Shown here: positions 1-9,200 of the stretch, one piece after another
How the letters are laid out: each line of letters opens with the position of its first letter
Numbering within the stretch: the stretch's first letter is position 1
DNA from: an uncultured Clostridia bacterium
Lineage (GTDB): Bacteria > Bacillota > Clostridia > Christensenellales > DTU072
Direction of reading: 5' to 3'
Assembly: GCA_934274515.1 (NCBI GenBank)
Contig: CAKQTC010000010.1
Location: forward strand, 2,625 to 66,624
Length of the DNA stretch: 64,000 nt
The notes under the pieces: generated by a model
Database searches by the model: none
What the model was told of the DNA's origin: nothing
Seen by the model: the letters and a program-made list of their open reading frames with translations, nothing else
Program-made: the position numbers and the translations under genes

Positions 1-689
1 ACGGTATTTACGAGAGTTACGGCGCGAAAAAAGACGTTTTGCAAGACTTGCTTTTGTTCTATTCGATTAAGGAAGATAAACTCGTTACTCTCAAAGAATA
101 CGTCGGCAAAATGCTCGAATCGCAAAAAGGAATTTATTATGCGACGGGCAATACCGTGGACGCGATTAAAGCATTGCCGCTGTGCGAAAAAATACTCGAC
201 GACGGTTACGATATACTGTGCCTGACCGAAGATATCGACGAATTCGTCATCAAAGTAATGCAAAATTACGACGGAAAAGAATTCAAGGCAATATCGGCGT
301 ACGATGAAAGTTCGGCAGAAGTTTCCGTAGAAAATAAAGATCTTACCGATTTTATCAAGGAGTCACTAGGAGACAAGGTGAGCGAAGTCAAACTCACGAA
401 CCGCTTGAAATCTCACCCCGTATGTATTACGACGAAAGGCGAACTTTCCACCGAAATGGAAAAAGTGCTTAACCGTGCGCCCGACGCGCAAGCCGGAATT
501 AAATCGGAAAAAGTGCTTGAAATTAACGCAAATCACCCGATTTACGAAAAACTCGTCAAGTATTTTGCCGAAGACAAGGACAAAGTAAAGAAACTCGCCG
601 AAGTTTTGTTCGACCAAGCGATGCTTATCGAGGGCGTGACTCCGGAAAATCCGACGCATCTCGTTGCTCTTATTTGCGAACTTGTCTAA
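1..689 (+). CDS. htpG: Molecular chaperone HtpG (Hsp90 family), C-terminal portion; the 5' end lies outside the window
   Basis: The frame is open from position 3 (GIYESYGAKKDVLQDLLLFYS...). The translation has the typical HtpG middle/C-terminal dimerisation region (YYATG..., CLTEDIDEF..., ANHPIYEKL..., LFDQAMLIEG). Stop is TAA at 687-689, followed by a terminator. Confidence 0.85.
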   Translation, partial: GIYESYGAKKDVLQDLLLFYSIKEDKLVTLKEYVGKMLESQKGIYYATGNTVDAIKALPLCEKILDDGYDILCLTEDIDEFVIKVMQNYDGKEFKAISAYDESSAEVSVENKDLTDFIKESLGDKVSEVKLTNRLKSHPVCITTKGELSTEMEKVLNRAPDAQAGIKSEKVLEINANHPIYEKLVKYFAEDKDKVKKLAEVLFDQAMLIEGVTPENPTHLVALICELV

Positions 690-727
690 AATCGACGGGT
701 TTGTCTAAAACTCGCGAAATCGAAAAA

Positions 728-758
728 ACAGGTTGCTTTCAAGCAACCTGTTTTTATT
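728..758 (+). terminator. Rho-independent terminator downstream of htpG
   Basis: 9-bp perfect stem acaggttgc / gcaacctgt with a 6-nt loop, followed by tttttattt. Confidence 0.7.
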
Positions 759-805
759 TGTGAAAGGCGAGCGTTTGTTGTATAATTGTAAAAAGGAGCG
801 CAGAA

Positions 806-1324
806 ATGTTGTATATGATTGTGGCGGACTTGCACGGGAATGAGTCCGCGTATGAAGAAATAAGGGACGCGGCGATTGCGATTAAACCCGATAAATTGCT
901 TTTTCTCGGCGACTTCGGCGGAGATTCGAAATGGATAAATAATGTCGTCCTAGACAGAATTTACTGTACCTTGCTAGGTGTTCGCGGAAATAACGACACG
1001 GCTTCTTTTATGGAAAGCCTTAATCTCGGCGAGCAGGGGCGGTTTTACACGGAAGAAACCGATGGGCGAACCTTATTCTTTACGCACGGTCATTTGTACG
1101 GCAGGACGGGCATACCGCCTGTTTTGGGTGACGGTGACGTCATATTTTACGGGCATTACCATTTTCCCGAAATTTACCGCGAACACGGAGTTTGGCACGT
1201 GTGCGTGGGCAGCGCGGGGCTGCCGACGATGGGGACGGAGCCGACTTATTGTTTGTTTGACGGCGCGTCGATACGATTAATATCGCTAAAAACGGGCGAA
1301 ACGATATCCGAACAGTCGATATAG
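806..1324 (+). CDS. Small metallophosphoesterase (YfcE/MJ0936-like calcineurin-fold phosphoesterase)
   Basis: Ordered motifs DLHG, GDFGGD, GNND, THGH, GHYH. RBS aaggag lies upstream. Confidence 0.75.
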   Translation: MLYMIVADLHGNESAYEEIRDAAIAIKPDKLLFLGDFGGDSKWINNVVLDRIYCTLLGVRGNNDTASFMESLNLGEQGRFYTEETDGRTLFFTHGHLYGRTGIPPVLGDGDVIFYGHYHFPEIYREHGVWHVCVGSAGLPTMGTEPTYCLFDGASIRLISLKTGETISEQSI

Positions 1325-1333
1325 GAGAGCATA

Positions 1334-1795
1334 ATGAAAAAAATAATGTTTGTTTGTCACGGAAACATATGTCGCTCGCCGACAGCCGAATTCGTAATGA
1401 AAGATATAGTGAAAAAGGCAGGGAAAGAAAACGAGTACCTTATTCGCTCCGCCGCAACGAGTACGGAGGCGTTAAACTGTCACGTCTATTATCCTGCGAA
1501 ACGCGAACTCGAAAAACGCGGAATAAAAACCGACGACCGTCGCGCGGTGCAGGTTCAACCCGACGACTACGACAAATACGATCTATTCGTTATAATGGAC
1601 GAACGAAACGAGTTTAACCTGCTTAAACGTTTCGGCGGACGTGACGATAAAGGAAAAATCAAAAAACTTCTCGATTTCACACCCGACGGCGGCGACGTAG
1701 CCGACCCTTGGTATACCGACCGATTCGATATAGCCTTTGACCAAATCTATTGCGGTTGCGACGCGTTATTTGCATATTTGGAAAGAAAAAGTTAA
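1334..1795 (+). CDS. Low-molecular-weight protein-tyrosine phosphatase
   Basis: N-terminal CX5R(S) P-loop (VCHGNICRSP) and a downstream DPW(Y) acid motif. Size is 153 aa. RBS is aggaga. Confidence 0.85.
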   Translation: MKKIMFVCHGNICRSPTAEFVMKDIVKKAGKENEYLIRSAATSTEALNCHVYYPAKRELEKRGIKTDDRRAVQVQPDDYDKYDLFVIMDERNEFNLLKRFGGRDDKGKIKKLLDFTPDGGDVADPWYTDRFDIAFDQIYCGCDALFAYLERKS

Positions 1796-2122
1796 AAAAC
1801 CGACAAAATGTTCCACGTGAAACAATGAAATTTTTTTTGTACGTAAATTTTGCTCCGACCGAAAGCGATAAAACGGCGGCAAAAAAGTGTTAAAAACAGC
1901 GACAAAACAACGATTTTGCTAAAAAACGAACAATTTTAGAAAAAGGGGAAAGGTAGAAAAAGCGTTGCCGAATTTATTGCGGCGAAGGCGAATTTCGTTA
2001 AAAGGCAGTAAAAAAAAGAGCGGAAAGAATTTTTCGCTCTTTTTACGTTGCATAAAAGTTCGACGGGTTTATTTTATCCGTCCGCAAACGAGATAGAATG
2101 GAATTTTTTTCACGATAAAAAA

Positions 2123-2157
2123 ATGCCGCGTTCTTTTTGCGGAACGCGGCATTTTTA
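2123..2157. terminator. Bidirectional intrinsic terminator at the 3' end of nifJ
   Basis: Stem atgccgcgttc / gaacgcggcat, flanked by an A-run on one side and a T-run on the other. It lies 13 nt beyond the nifJ stop. Confidence 0.65.
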
Positions 2158-2169
2158 TTCGAGTGTCGA

Positions 2170-5100
2170 TTAGTCTTTTTTAGGCGTTTCGGAAGCCAGT
2201 TCTTTGTATCTTTCACGGCGTTCCGCAGCGTCTCTTTCGTTGATTTCAAAGAGTTTTTCCGCCTGTTCGGGGAACATCTTTTTGAGCGACGTGTATCTCG
2301 TTTCTCCGAGAAGGAAGGACTTGTAGTCTGCCGTCGGGTCTTTGCTGTCGAGCGTGAACGGGTTTTCGCCTTTGTCCGCTTTTTCCGGGTTAAACCTGTA
2401 CAGTGACCAGTATCCGCAATCTACCGCTTTTTTCATTTCGGCAATCGAGTTGCTCATATTGATACCGTGGTTGATACACGGAGCGTAGCAGATTACGAGG
2501 GACGGACCGTGGTACGCTTCCGCTTCTTTCAAAGCGTTTACCACTTGCGCCATGTTCGCGCCCATGCTTACTTGCGCTACGTATACGTAACCGTAACTCA
2601 TTGCCATCATACCGAGGTCTTTCTTTTTGGTTCTCTTACCGCTTGCCGCAAATTTCGCGATACTGCCGGTAGGCGTCGCCTTGCTTGCCTGTCCGCCGGT
2701 GTTGGAATATACTTCGGTGTCGAGTACGAGAATGTTTACGTCTTCGCCCATAGCGAGTACGTGGTCTACGCCGCCGTAACCGATATCGTACGCCCAGCCG
2801 TCGCCGCCGAAAATCCATACGGATTTCTTAATAAGGCAGTCGGCGTTTGTTTTGATTTCTTCGATAAGTTCGGGACAAGCGGTTTCTTCCGCGATAGCCG
2901 CCAAAACTTTTTCCGCCGCGACTTTGCTCTTTTCCGCGTCGTTTTTGTTTTCTATCCATTCGAGGAACGCCGCGCTTGTTTTTTCGTTTACGCTGTCGAG
3001 AGAAGCGCGCATGTCTTCTTCGAGTTTGTTTCTTCTCTGCGTGATGGCGAGATTCATTCCGTAACCGAATTCGGCGTTGTCTTCAAACAGCGAATTTGCC
3101 CATGCGGGACCGTGTCCTTTGTCGTTTACCGTGTACGGGCAGGTAGGAGCCGAACCGCCGTAAATGGACGAGCAACCCGTCGCGTTTGCGACTATCATTC
3201 TGTCGCCGAACAGTTGCGTAACGAGTTTTACGTAAGGAGTTTCTCCGCAACCTGCGCACGCTCCGCTGAACTCGAACAAAGGTTTGTTAAACTGACTGTT
3301 TTTCGCGTTGACGTTTGCGTAAACTCTGTCGTTTTCGGGGAGAGCCTCGGCGAATTCCCAGTTCGTCGCTTGTTCTTCGATTGCTTCGGCTACGGGGATC
3401 ATCGTGAGAGCCTTGGTCTTAGCGGGGCAAACGTTTGCGCAAGAACCGCAACCCGTACAATCGTAGGGGCTTACTTGAATTCTGTATTTATAACCCTTAA
3501 ATCCGATTGCGTCTTTGACTTCGAACGTTTCGGGCGCGCCGGCAAGTTGTTCGGGAGTTTTGAGGACGGGACGGATTGCCGCGTGCGGGCAAACCATAGA
3601 ACACTGGTTGCACTGTATGCAGTTTGCGATGTTCCAGGAAGGAACTTTAACCGCCGTGCCTCTCTTTTCGTATTTGGTCGTGCCTACGGGTACTACGCCG
3701 TCCGCGCTGAACGCGCTTACGGGGAGTTTGTCGCCTTGTTGGCAAAGAACGGGGTTAATCGTGTTTTTGAAATAGTCCGTGCCTTTGATTTCTACCATAG
3801 GCGCGCCGTCGGTCGCCGTTGCCCAACTTTCGGGGTATTTGACTTCTTTAAGGTTGGCGATTGCGCCGTCTACCGCCGCGTAGTTCATATTGACTACCGC
3901 GTCGCCTTTCTTTCCGTAGGTCTTTTTGATTGCCTGTTTCATGTAGGTTTCCGCGTCGGAGTAGGGGATAATGTCGGCAAGTTTGAAGAAAGCCGCCTGC
4001 ATAACGGTGTTTACGCCTTTCGTTGCGCCGATGGAAGAAATAACTTTGTTTCCGTCGAGCGTGTAGAACTTAACGTGTTTTTTGGCGATGGCGTTCTTTA
4101 CGCAAGCAGGGAGCATTTTGTCCATTTCTTCGGGTTCCCAAATGCTGTTAAGCAAGAACGTGCCGTTTTCTTTGATGTCGGAGAGCATATCGTAACGATA
4201 GATATAACTCGGGCAGTGGCAGGCTACGAAGTCCGCGTGGTCGATAAGGTACGAACTCTTGATGGGTTTATCGCCGAAACGCAAGTGAGAAATGGTGATA
4301 CCGCCGCTCTTCTTACTGTCGTAGTGGAAATAGCCCTGCGCGTATTTTTCGGTATGGTCGCCGATTATTTTAATGGAGTTCTTGTTCGCGCCGACGGTAC
4401 CGTCGCTGCCTAATCCGTAGAACTTGCAGCAAATGCTTCCTTCGGGAGCCGCGTTGATGAATTTGTCCATAGGGAGAGAAGTGAACGTAACGTCGTCCAC
4501 GATACCTACCGTGAAATGGTCTTTGTTCGCTCCGCCCATGTTTTCGTACACGCCGTAAATCATGGTCGGGTTGAACTCTTTGCTACCCATGCCGTAACGA
4601 CCGCCGAGAATGGTGTAACCTTTTCCTGCGAGAGCGGTGCAAACGTCGAGATAAAGGGGTTCGCCGAGCGCGCCGGGTTCTTTGGTACGGTCGAGTACGC
4701 TGATGTATTTAACGGTAGACGGGATAGCCGCCGCGAGTTTGTCCGCGCGGAAAGGACGATACAGTCTTACTTTGAGAAGACCGACTTTGCCGCCGCGAGC
4801 GTTGATGTAATCGACGGTTTCTTCCGCCGCTTCGCAACCCGAACCCATCATAATGATGATTTTTTCCGCGTCTGCCGCGCCGTAATAATCGAATAGGTTA
4901 TATTTTCTGCCGGTAATGCTTTCGACTTGCGCCATACATTGTTCTACGATTTCGGGAACCGCATCGTAGTACTTGTTGCAAGCCTCTCTGTTTTGGAAAT
5001 AGATGTCGCCGTTTTGCGCGGTACCTTTTTGAACGGGGTGTTCGGGGTTAAGCGCGCGGTTTTTGAAATCCACCACGTCTTTCATATCGACGAGTTTTTT

Positions 5101-5670
5101 CATATCTTCGTAGTCGATAGCGTCGATTTTGCTTACTTCGTGACTGGTACGGAACCCGTCGAAGAAGTGAAGGAAAGGAACTTTGGATTTAAGAGTGGCG
5201 AGATGGCTTACGAGCGCAAGGTCCATAACTTCTTGAACGGAGTTACTGCAAACCATAGCGAAACCGGTTTGGCGGCAAGCCATAACGTCGGCGTGGTCGC
5301 CGAAAATGTTAAGCGCGTGAGCGGCGAGAGCACGAGCGGAAACGTGGAAAACGCAGGGCATAAGTTCGCCGGCTATTTTATACATGTTAGGTATCATCAG
5401 GAGCAAACCTTGCGACGCGGTAAAGGTCGTGGTGAGCGCGCCCGCGCAAAGCGATCCGTGAACAGCGCCTGCGGCGCCTGCCTCCGATTGCATTTCGGCG
5501 ATACGGAGTTGTTGACCGAACATATTTTTTCTTCCTTGGCTAGCCCACTCGTCGGAGTTTTCCGCCATCGGGGAAGAAGGCGTGATAGGGTAAATAGCCG
5601 CTACTTCGCTAAACGCATAAGCAACGTGCGCCGCAGCGGTATTACCGTCGATAGTCATTTTTTTACTCAT
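2170..5670 (-). CDS. nifJ: Pyruvate:ferredoxin (flavodoxin) oxidoreductase, single-polypeptide PFOR
   Basis: About 1170 aa. N-terminus is MTIDGNTAAAHVAYA. Two 4Fe-4S ferredoxin motifs (CIQCNQCSMVCPH, CTGCGSCANVCP) and a TPP-binding GDGWAYDIG motif are present. I prefer the ATG at 5670 (MSKKMTIDG) over the track start at 5682, because GGAGG (5676-5680, minus strand) sits 5 nt upstream of it. Confidence 0.95.
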   Translation of the reverse strand: MSKKMTIDGNTAAAHVAYAFSEVAAIYPITPSSPMAENSDEWASQGRKNMFGQQLRIAEMQSEAGAAGAVHGSLCAGALTTTFTASQGLLLMIPNMYKIAGELMPCVFHVSARALAAHALNIFGDHADVMACRQTGFAMVCSNSVQEVMDLALVSHLATLKSKVPFLHFFDGFRTSHEVSKIDAIDYEDMKKLVDMKDVVDFKNRALNPEHPVQKGTAQNGDIYFQNREACNKYYDAVPEIVEQCMAQVESITGRKYNLFDYYGAADAEKIIIMMGSGCEAAEETVDYINARGGKVGLLKVRLYRPFRADKLAAAIPSTVKYISVLDRTKEPGALGEPLYLDVCTALAGKGYTILGGRYGMGSKEFNPTMIYGVYENMGGANKDHFTVGIVDDVTFTSLPMDKFINAAPEGSICCKFYGLGSDGTVGANKNSIKIIGDHTEKYAQGYFHYDSKKSGGITISHLRFGDKPIKSSYLIDHADFVACHCPSYIYRYDMLSDIKENGTFLLNSIWEPEEMDKMLPACVKNAIAKKHVKFYTLDGNKVISSIGATKGVNTVMQAAFFKLADIIPYSDAETYMKQAIKKTYGKKGDAVVNMNYAAVDGAIANLKEVKYPESWATATDGAPMVEIKGTDYFKNTINPVLCQQGDKLPVSAFSADGVVPVGTTKYEKRGTAVKVPSWNIANCIQCNQCSMVCPHAAIRPVLKTPEQLAGAPETFEVKDAIGFKGYKYRIQVSPYDCTGCGSCANVCPAKTKALTMIPVAEAIEEQATNWEFAEALPENDRVYANVNAKNSQFNKPLFEFSGACAGCGETPYVKLVTQLFGDRMIVANATGCSSIYGGSAPTCPYTVNDKGHGPAWANSLFEDNAEFGYGMNLAITQRRNKLEEDMRASLDSVNEKTSAAFLEWIENKNDAEKSKVAAEKVLAAIAEETACPELIEEIKTNADCLIKKSVWIFGGDGWAYDIGYGGVDHVLAMGEDVNILVLDTEVYSNTGGQASKATPTGSIAKFAASGKRTKKKDLGMMAMSYGYVYVAQVSMGANMAQVVNALKEAEAYHGPSLVICYAPCINHGINMSNSIAEMKKAVDCGYWSLYRFNPEKADKGENPFTLDSKDPTADYKSFLLGETRYTSLKKMFPEQAEKLFEINERDAAERRERYKELASETPKKD

Positions 5671-5793
5671 TAGAACCTCCATTTAATTTTATGAGTTATA
5701 TATTTCCCGACCGAATAGTCGGACGACGTATATTTATCTCGATAATTATACATATAATTTTTATATAAGTCAACCTTTCCTTTTTCCATAAGG

Positions 5794-5826
5794 GCGAAAA
5801 GCGAGAAGTTTTTTCTCGCTTTTCGC
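5794..5826. other. Perfect 14-bp-stem hairpin in the nifJ upstream intergenic region
   Basis: gcgaaaagcgagaa gtttt ttctcgcttttcgc. There is no adjoining U-tract on either strand. Confidence 0.6.
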
Positions 5827-5854
5827 GTATAACGCCGAAAGCCTTGCCGCGTCT

Positions 5855-5870
5855 GCCCGCCCGCCCGCCC
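5855..5870. repeat. (GCCC)4 tetranucleotide microsatellite
   Basis: gcccgcccgcccgccc read directly from the sequence. It is intergenic. Confidence 0.9.
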
Positions 5871-5921
5871 GATTAAGAGATAAACCGTCGCGTCGCGACC
5901 GACGCCAAACTGCCGCGCGAC

Positions 5922-5958
5922 ACACGGGAAAGCCGCTTTCCCGTGTGTTTCGTATTTT
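5922..5958 (+). terminator. Orphan terminator-like hairpin (+ strand) with no upstream + strand gene
   Basis: Stem acacgggaaag / ctttcccgtgt with a 3-nt loop, followed by gtttcgtatttttatt. Confidence 0.4.
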
Positions 5959-6175
5959 TATTCGTCAAGGGTAAAACGCTTTGCCGCCGACCGACGGTTC
6001 TTGACAAACTCCGCGTCGGGGACAACGCAAAAAATGCGGAGTTTATACACCCGAAACGGCACTTTTGGGAATACAAGCACGCGTATTTACTTTCTTTTAC
6101 GAACGGAAGAACGGAAGTTTGACGAACATAGAAACGACGAGTTTTTTCGGAAAAAATTCCGTATAAAAAGCGGTG

Positions 6176-6204
6176 TTGACTTTTAATAGAATTTATAATA
6201 TAAT
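6176..6204 (+). promoter_or_regulatory. SigmaA-type promoter for the 1416-aa surface phosphoesterase gene
   Basis: TTGACT (6176-6181), a 17-bp spacer, then TATAAT (6199-6204). It lies about 40 nt upstream of the start codon. Confidence 0.5.
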
Positions 6205-6245
6205 TTTTTATTATAAAATAACCTTAAAAACCAAGGAGATGCACA

Positions 6246-9200
6246 ATGAATAAGACGTTGATAAAGAATTCCGTGATTATCGCGATTATTCTCGTTTTTG
6301 TCGCGTTGCTTTGCGGGATTGCGTTTGCCGGAGCGGACGCTTACGCCGCGGATAATTACGAGAAGACGACTAAGATCGCGCATTTTTCGGACGTTCACGT
6401 TTTACCCCAAGAATACTGCAACGAGTATTCCGCCGATTTTATAAAGAAGTCGGGTTCGACTAAGATGCTCGCGCAAACAGAAGCGACGCTTACAACGGCT
6501 TTGGCGGAGATTTACGATATGGGCGCCGACGCGCCGCAAATCATCGTTATTTCCGGCGATATTACGTCCAACGGCGAATATGCGGCAAACGCTCGCGTGG
6601 CACAGATACTCAAAGAAGCCACCAAAAAAATTCGTACGCTTCCCGGGCATGAAAAGTTCCAAATTTTCGTTATGCCGGGCAACCACGATACCTACAATGA
6701 CGAATCGACGAGTTATATGCCTACGAAGGAAGAACTCGACGCGTGTGCGGATGACGCGGCAAGGCTCGAACTTATGAAAAACTACAAGGCGCGTTCGGTA
6801 AGAACCACCACCAGCAAGGACATATTCGACATCTATGCAGATTTCGGGTATTGCAACTGCGACGGCAGGAAAGAAGGTCGTCACGACGCGACTTGCGGAA
6901 TGGCGGACGGGGTTAAACTTAACTTCTTCTACGAAAGCGAATTTTGGTACGACGGCGATACGGTAAGGACGAACAAGGTCGATAAAGACGGCAACGCTTA
7001 CGTCGAATACAAAGGTTTCGACACGAGAGAGGCGACCGACGAGGAAACCAAAGCGTTCAAAGAGAACAATCTCGATTTCGAATATCTTGCCGAAGCGGGC
7101 AGGATAGGCGCGTGTTCGTACGTTGCTACCATAGACGGAGTTACCGTAGTCGGCGTTGACGGCAACGCGAGAAAATACACGGGCAAAACGTCCACCGAGG
7201 CGACGAAAACCGCGATGGGCTGGGACGAAACCACGGGCGGAATGGCGACGAGAGCGCAAATTCGTTGGATAATCGACGAAACCAAAGACGAAGTCAAAGC
7301 GGATAATCTCGTTATGACGAACTGCCATTATAACAACATTCCGCACTTTGTATCGCAAGAAGAAGTAATTAGTTTGTTCGTTTTGGACAACCTTGACGTA
7401 TACACCGCCGCGTTGGCAAACGCAGGCATACGGTATCAGTTTAGCGGACACCAACACGCGGCGGATATCGTAGACGCGGTTACGCAGGAAGGTAACGTTA
7501 TGTACGATATCGAAACGGGCTCGCTCGTTTCTTACGGGTCGGGATACAGAGTAGTCGAGTTTACGCAGAAGAAACAAAACGGTAACTACTCCGAAGAAGT
7601 TAAAAGCACGATGCATTCGCTTAAAAAGAACGGCGCGAAAGACGGGTTCTACTACGAAGCGTACAGGCTTAACGAAAATTATCTCAAAGACGGAGAAGAA
7701 ACGGTCACGGGGAACAATTCCACGAGCGATATTTACGGCACGGCGTTAGAAGACAAAAAGGACCTTTACGGCGACGGCAGAGTAATGCTCGTTAAGACGT
7801 ACCTTGCCGACGAAAACGGCGCGAAAATAGGCGTTGACAAATTCCTTTCCGTCGGATTAGCCAACCTTATCAGTTTCAACAAAGGAAGCCTGATAGGAAG
7901 TTTGGTAAACGAGGGACTGTACGACACGTTGCTCGGAGCGACGAAAAATCTTAAATGGCGGTTTGCGAAAGGAGCGATAAACAGCCTTATCGGCGGTTTG
8001 CGAGATTTCGATATGCTCAAATTCAACGCGAGCAAAGACGGAAAGAGTTTTACTCTTTCGGCAAAACCCGAAAAAGACAACGATTTGATAGCGTTTGCGA
8101 CAGACCTTATTAACTGGTTAATAAAATACGATTTTTCGTACGGGCAAAACAAAGGCGGCACGACTATATCCGAAATACTCGTGGAAGTATACGGCGGACA
8201 CCTTAACGGCGCGCACGGAAAAGAACTCACGCAAATCGTTAAACCCCTCATAGAAAAACTCAAAGACGGGACGTTTGTGGATTTTCTCATCAACACGTTG
8301 AAAGATTCGCTTGTTCCGCAACTGGAACTTATACTTAACGCGCCTATTCGTTACGACGTGAAAACGAAAACGCTTGCGGAAGGCAAGGGTTTTGATATAA
8401 CGGACGCGATGGCGACGAGTGCGGACAAAGGCGTGGACAGTATGATAAAAACGCTTTTGACGAAATATTCTTTCAAGGAAGACGTAGCAAAGAAGAACGG
8501 CGGATATTATTCGCTTAAACTTATCGTAAAAGACATTAGAGAAATAGCAAAAGACCTTCTGGTTACGCCGACGGACGAAATAAAAGACAACTTTTTGAAA
8601 TTTTTGGCGACAACGATCAGGGGCGCGCTCGAGGGCGACGGCGCATTCGGCAGCATAGGCAAATACGTAGACAAAGCACTTGCTTATATCGATGAATATT
8701 TTGAAAAAGACAGCCTTATGGAAACGCTGCAAATCGAACTTATCGATAAATACGTTACGCCCGCGTTCTGCCGCAATCTAGGAGAATACGCGGCGTATAT
8801 CGTTACGGGAATGGCTACGGACAGTATGCCGGACGGTTCGAGTTGGATTCAAGGCGGCGACAAACTTGGAGATTACCCCGTTTTCAACGAAAAGAACTTT
8901 AACGTAGCGACGACCAAACTCGACGCAAAGACGAAATACAACGGCAAAGCGTTTTACAGGGCGAAAGGAACGACGGGAGCGCTTACCGTTACTCCCACGA
9001 TAGACAACGGGCTTTTGCCGTCGATGGTAAGCGTTTCGTTTGACAAAACGATAGGAACGAGCAGAAAAATCCGCTGGTTTACTTCGATTGAACAAAACGT
9101 GTTCGACAAAGGGAAAGACGGGAAATATCTTGCCGCGGCAGATTACGTCGCAGGCTCGACCAGACCCGAAAGTTACGTCGAATATTCGACGAGCAAGGAT

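Noticed and set aside
1820-1840. Near-palindrome TGTTCCACGTGAAACA (CACGTG core) in the A-rich spacer after the LMW-PTP gene, considered as a regulator box.
   Set aside because: It is a single imperfect copy, does not match any operator consensus I can name with confidence (Rex, cre, Fur), and lies downstream of a gene rather than at a promoter.
2467-4413. 648-aa + strand ORF, and other + strand ORFs at 2137-5673.
   Set aside because: They are antisense to the unambiguous nifJ/PFOR gene, with R/F/V-rich nonsense translations.
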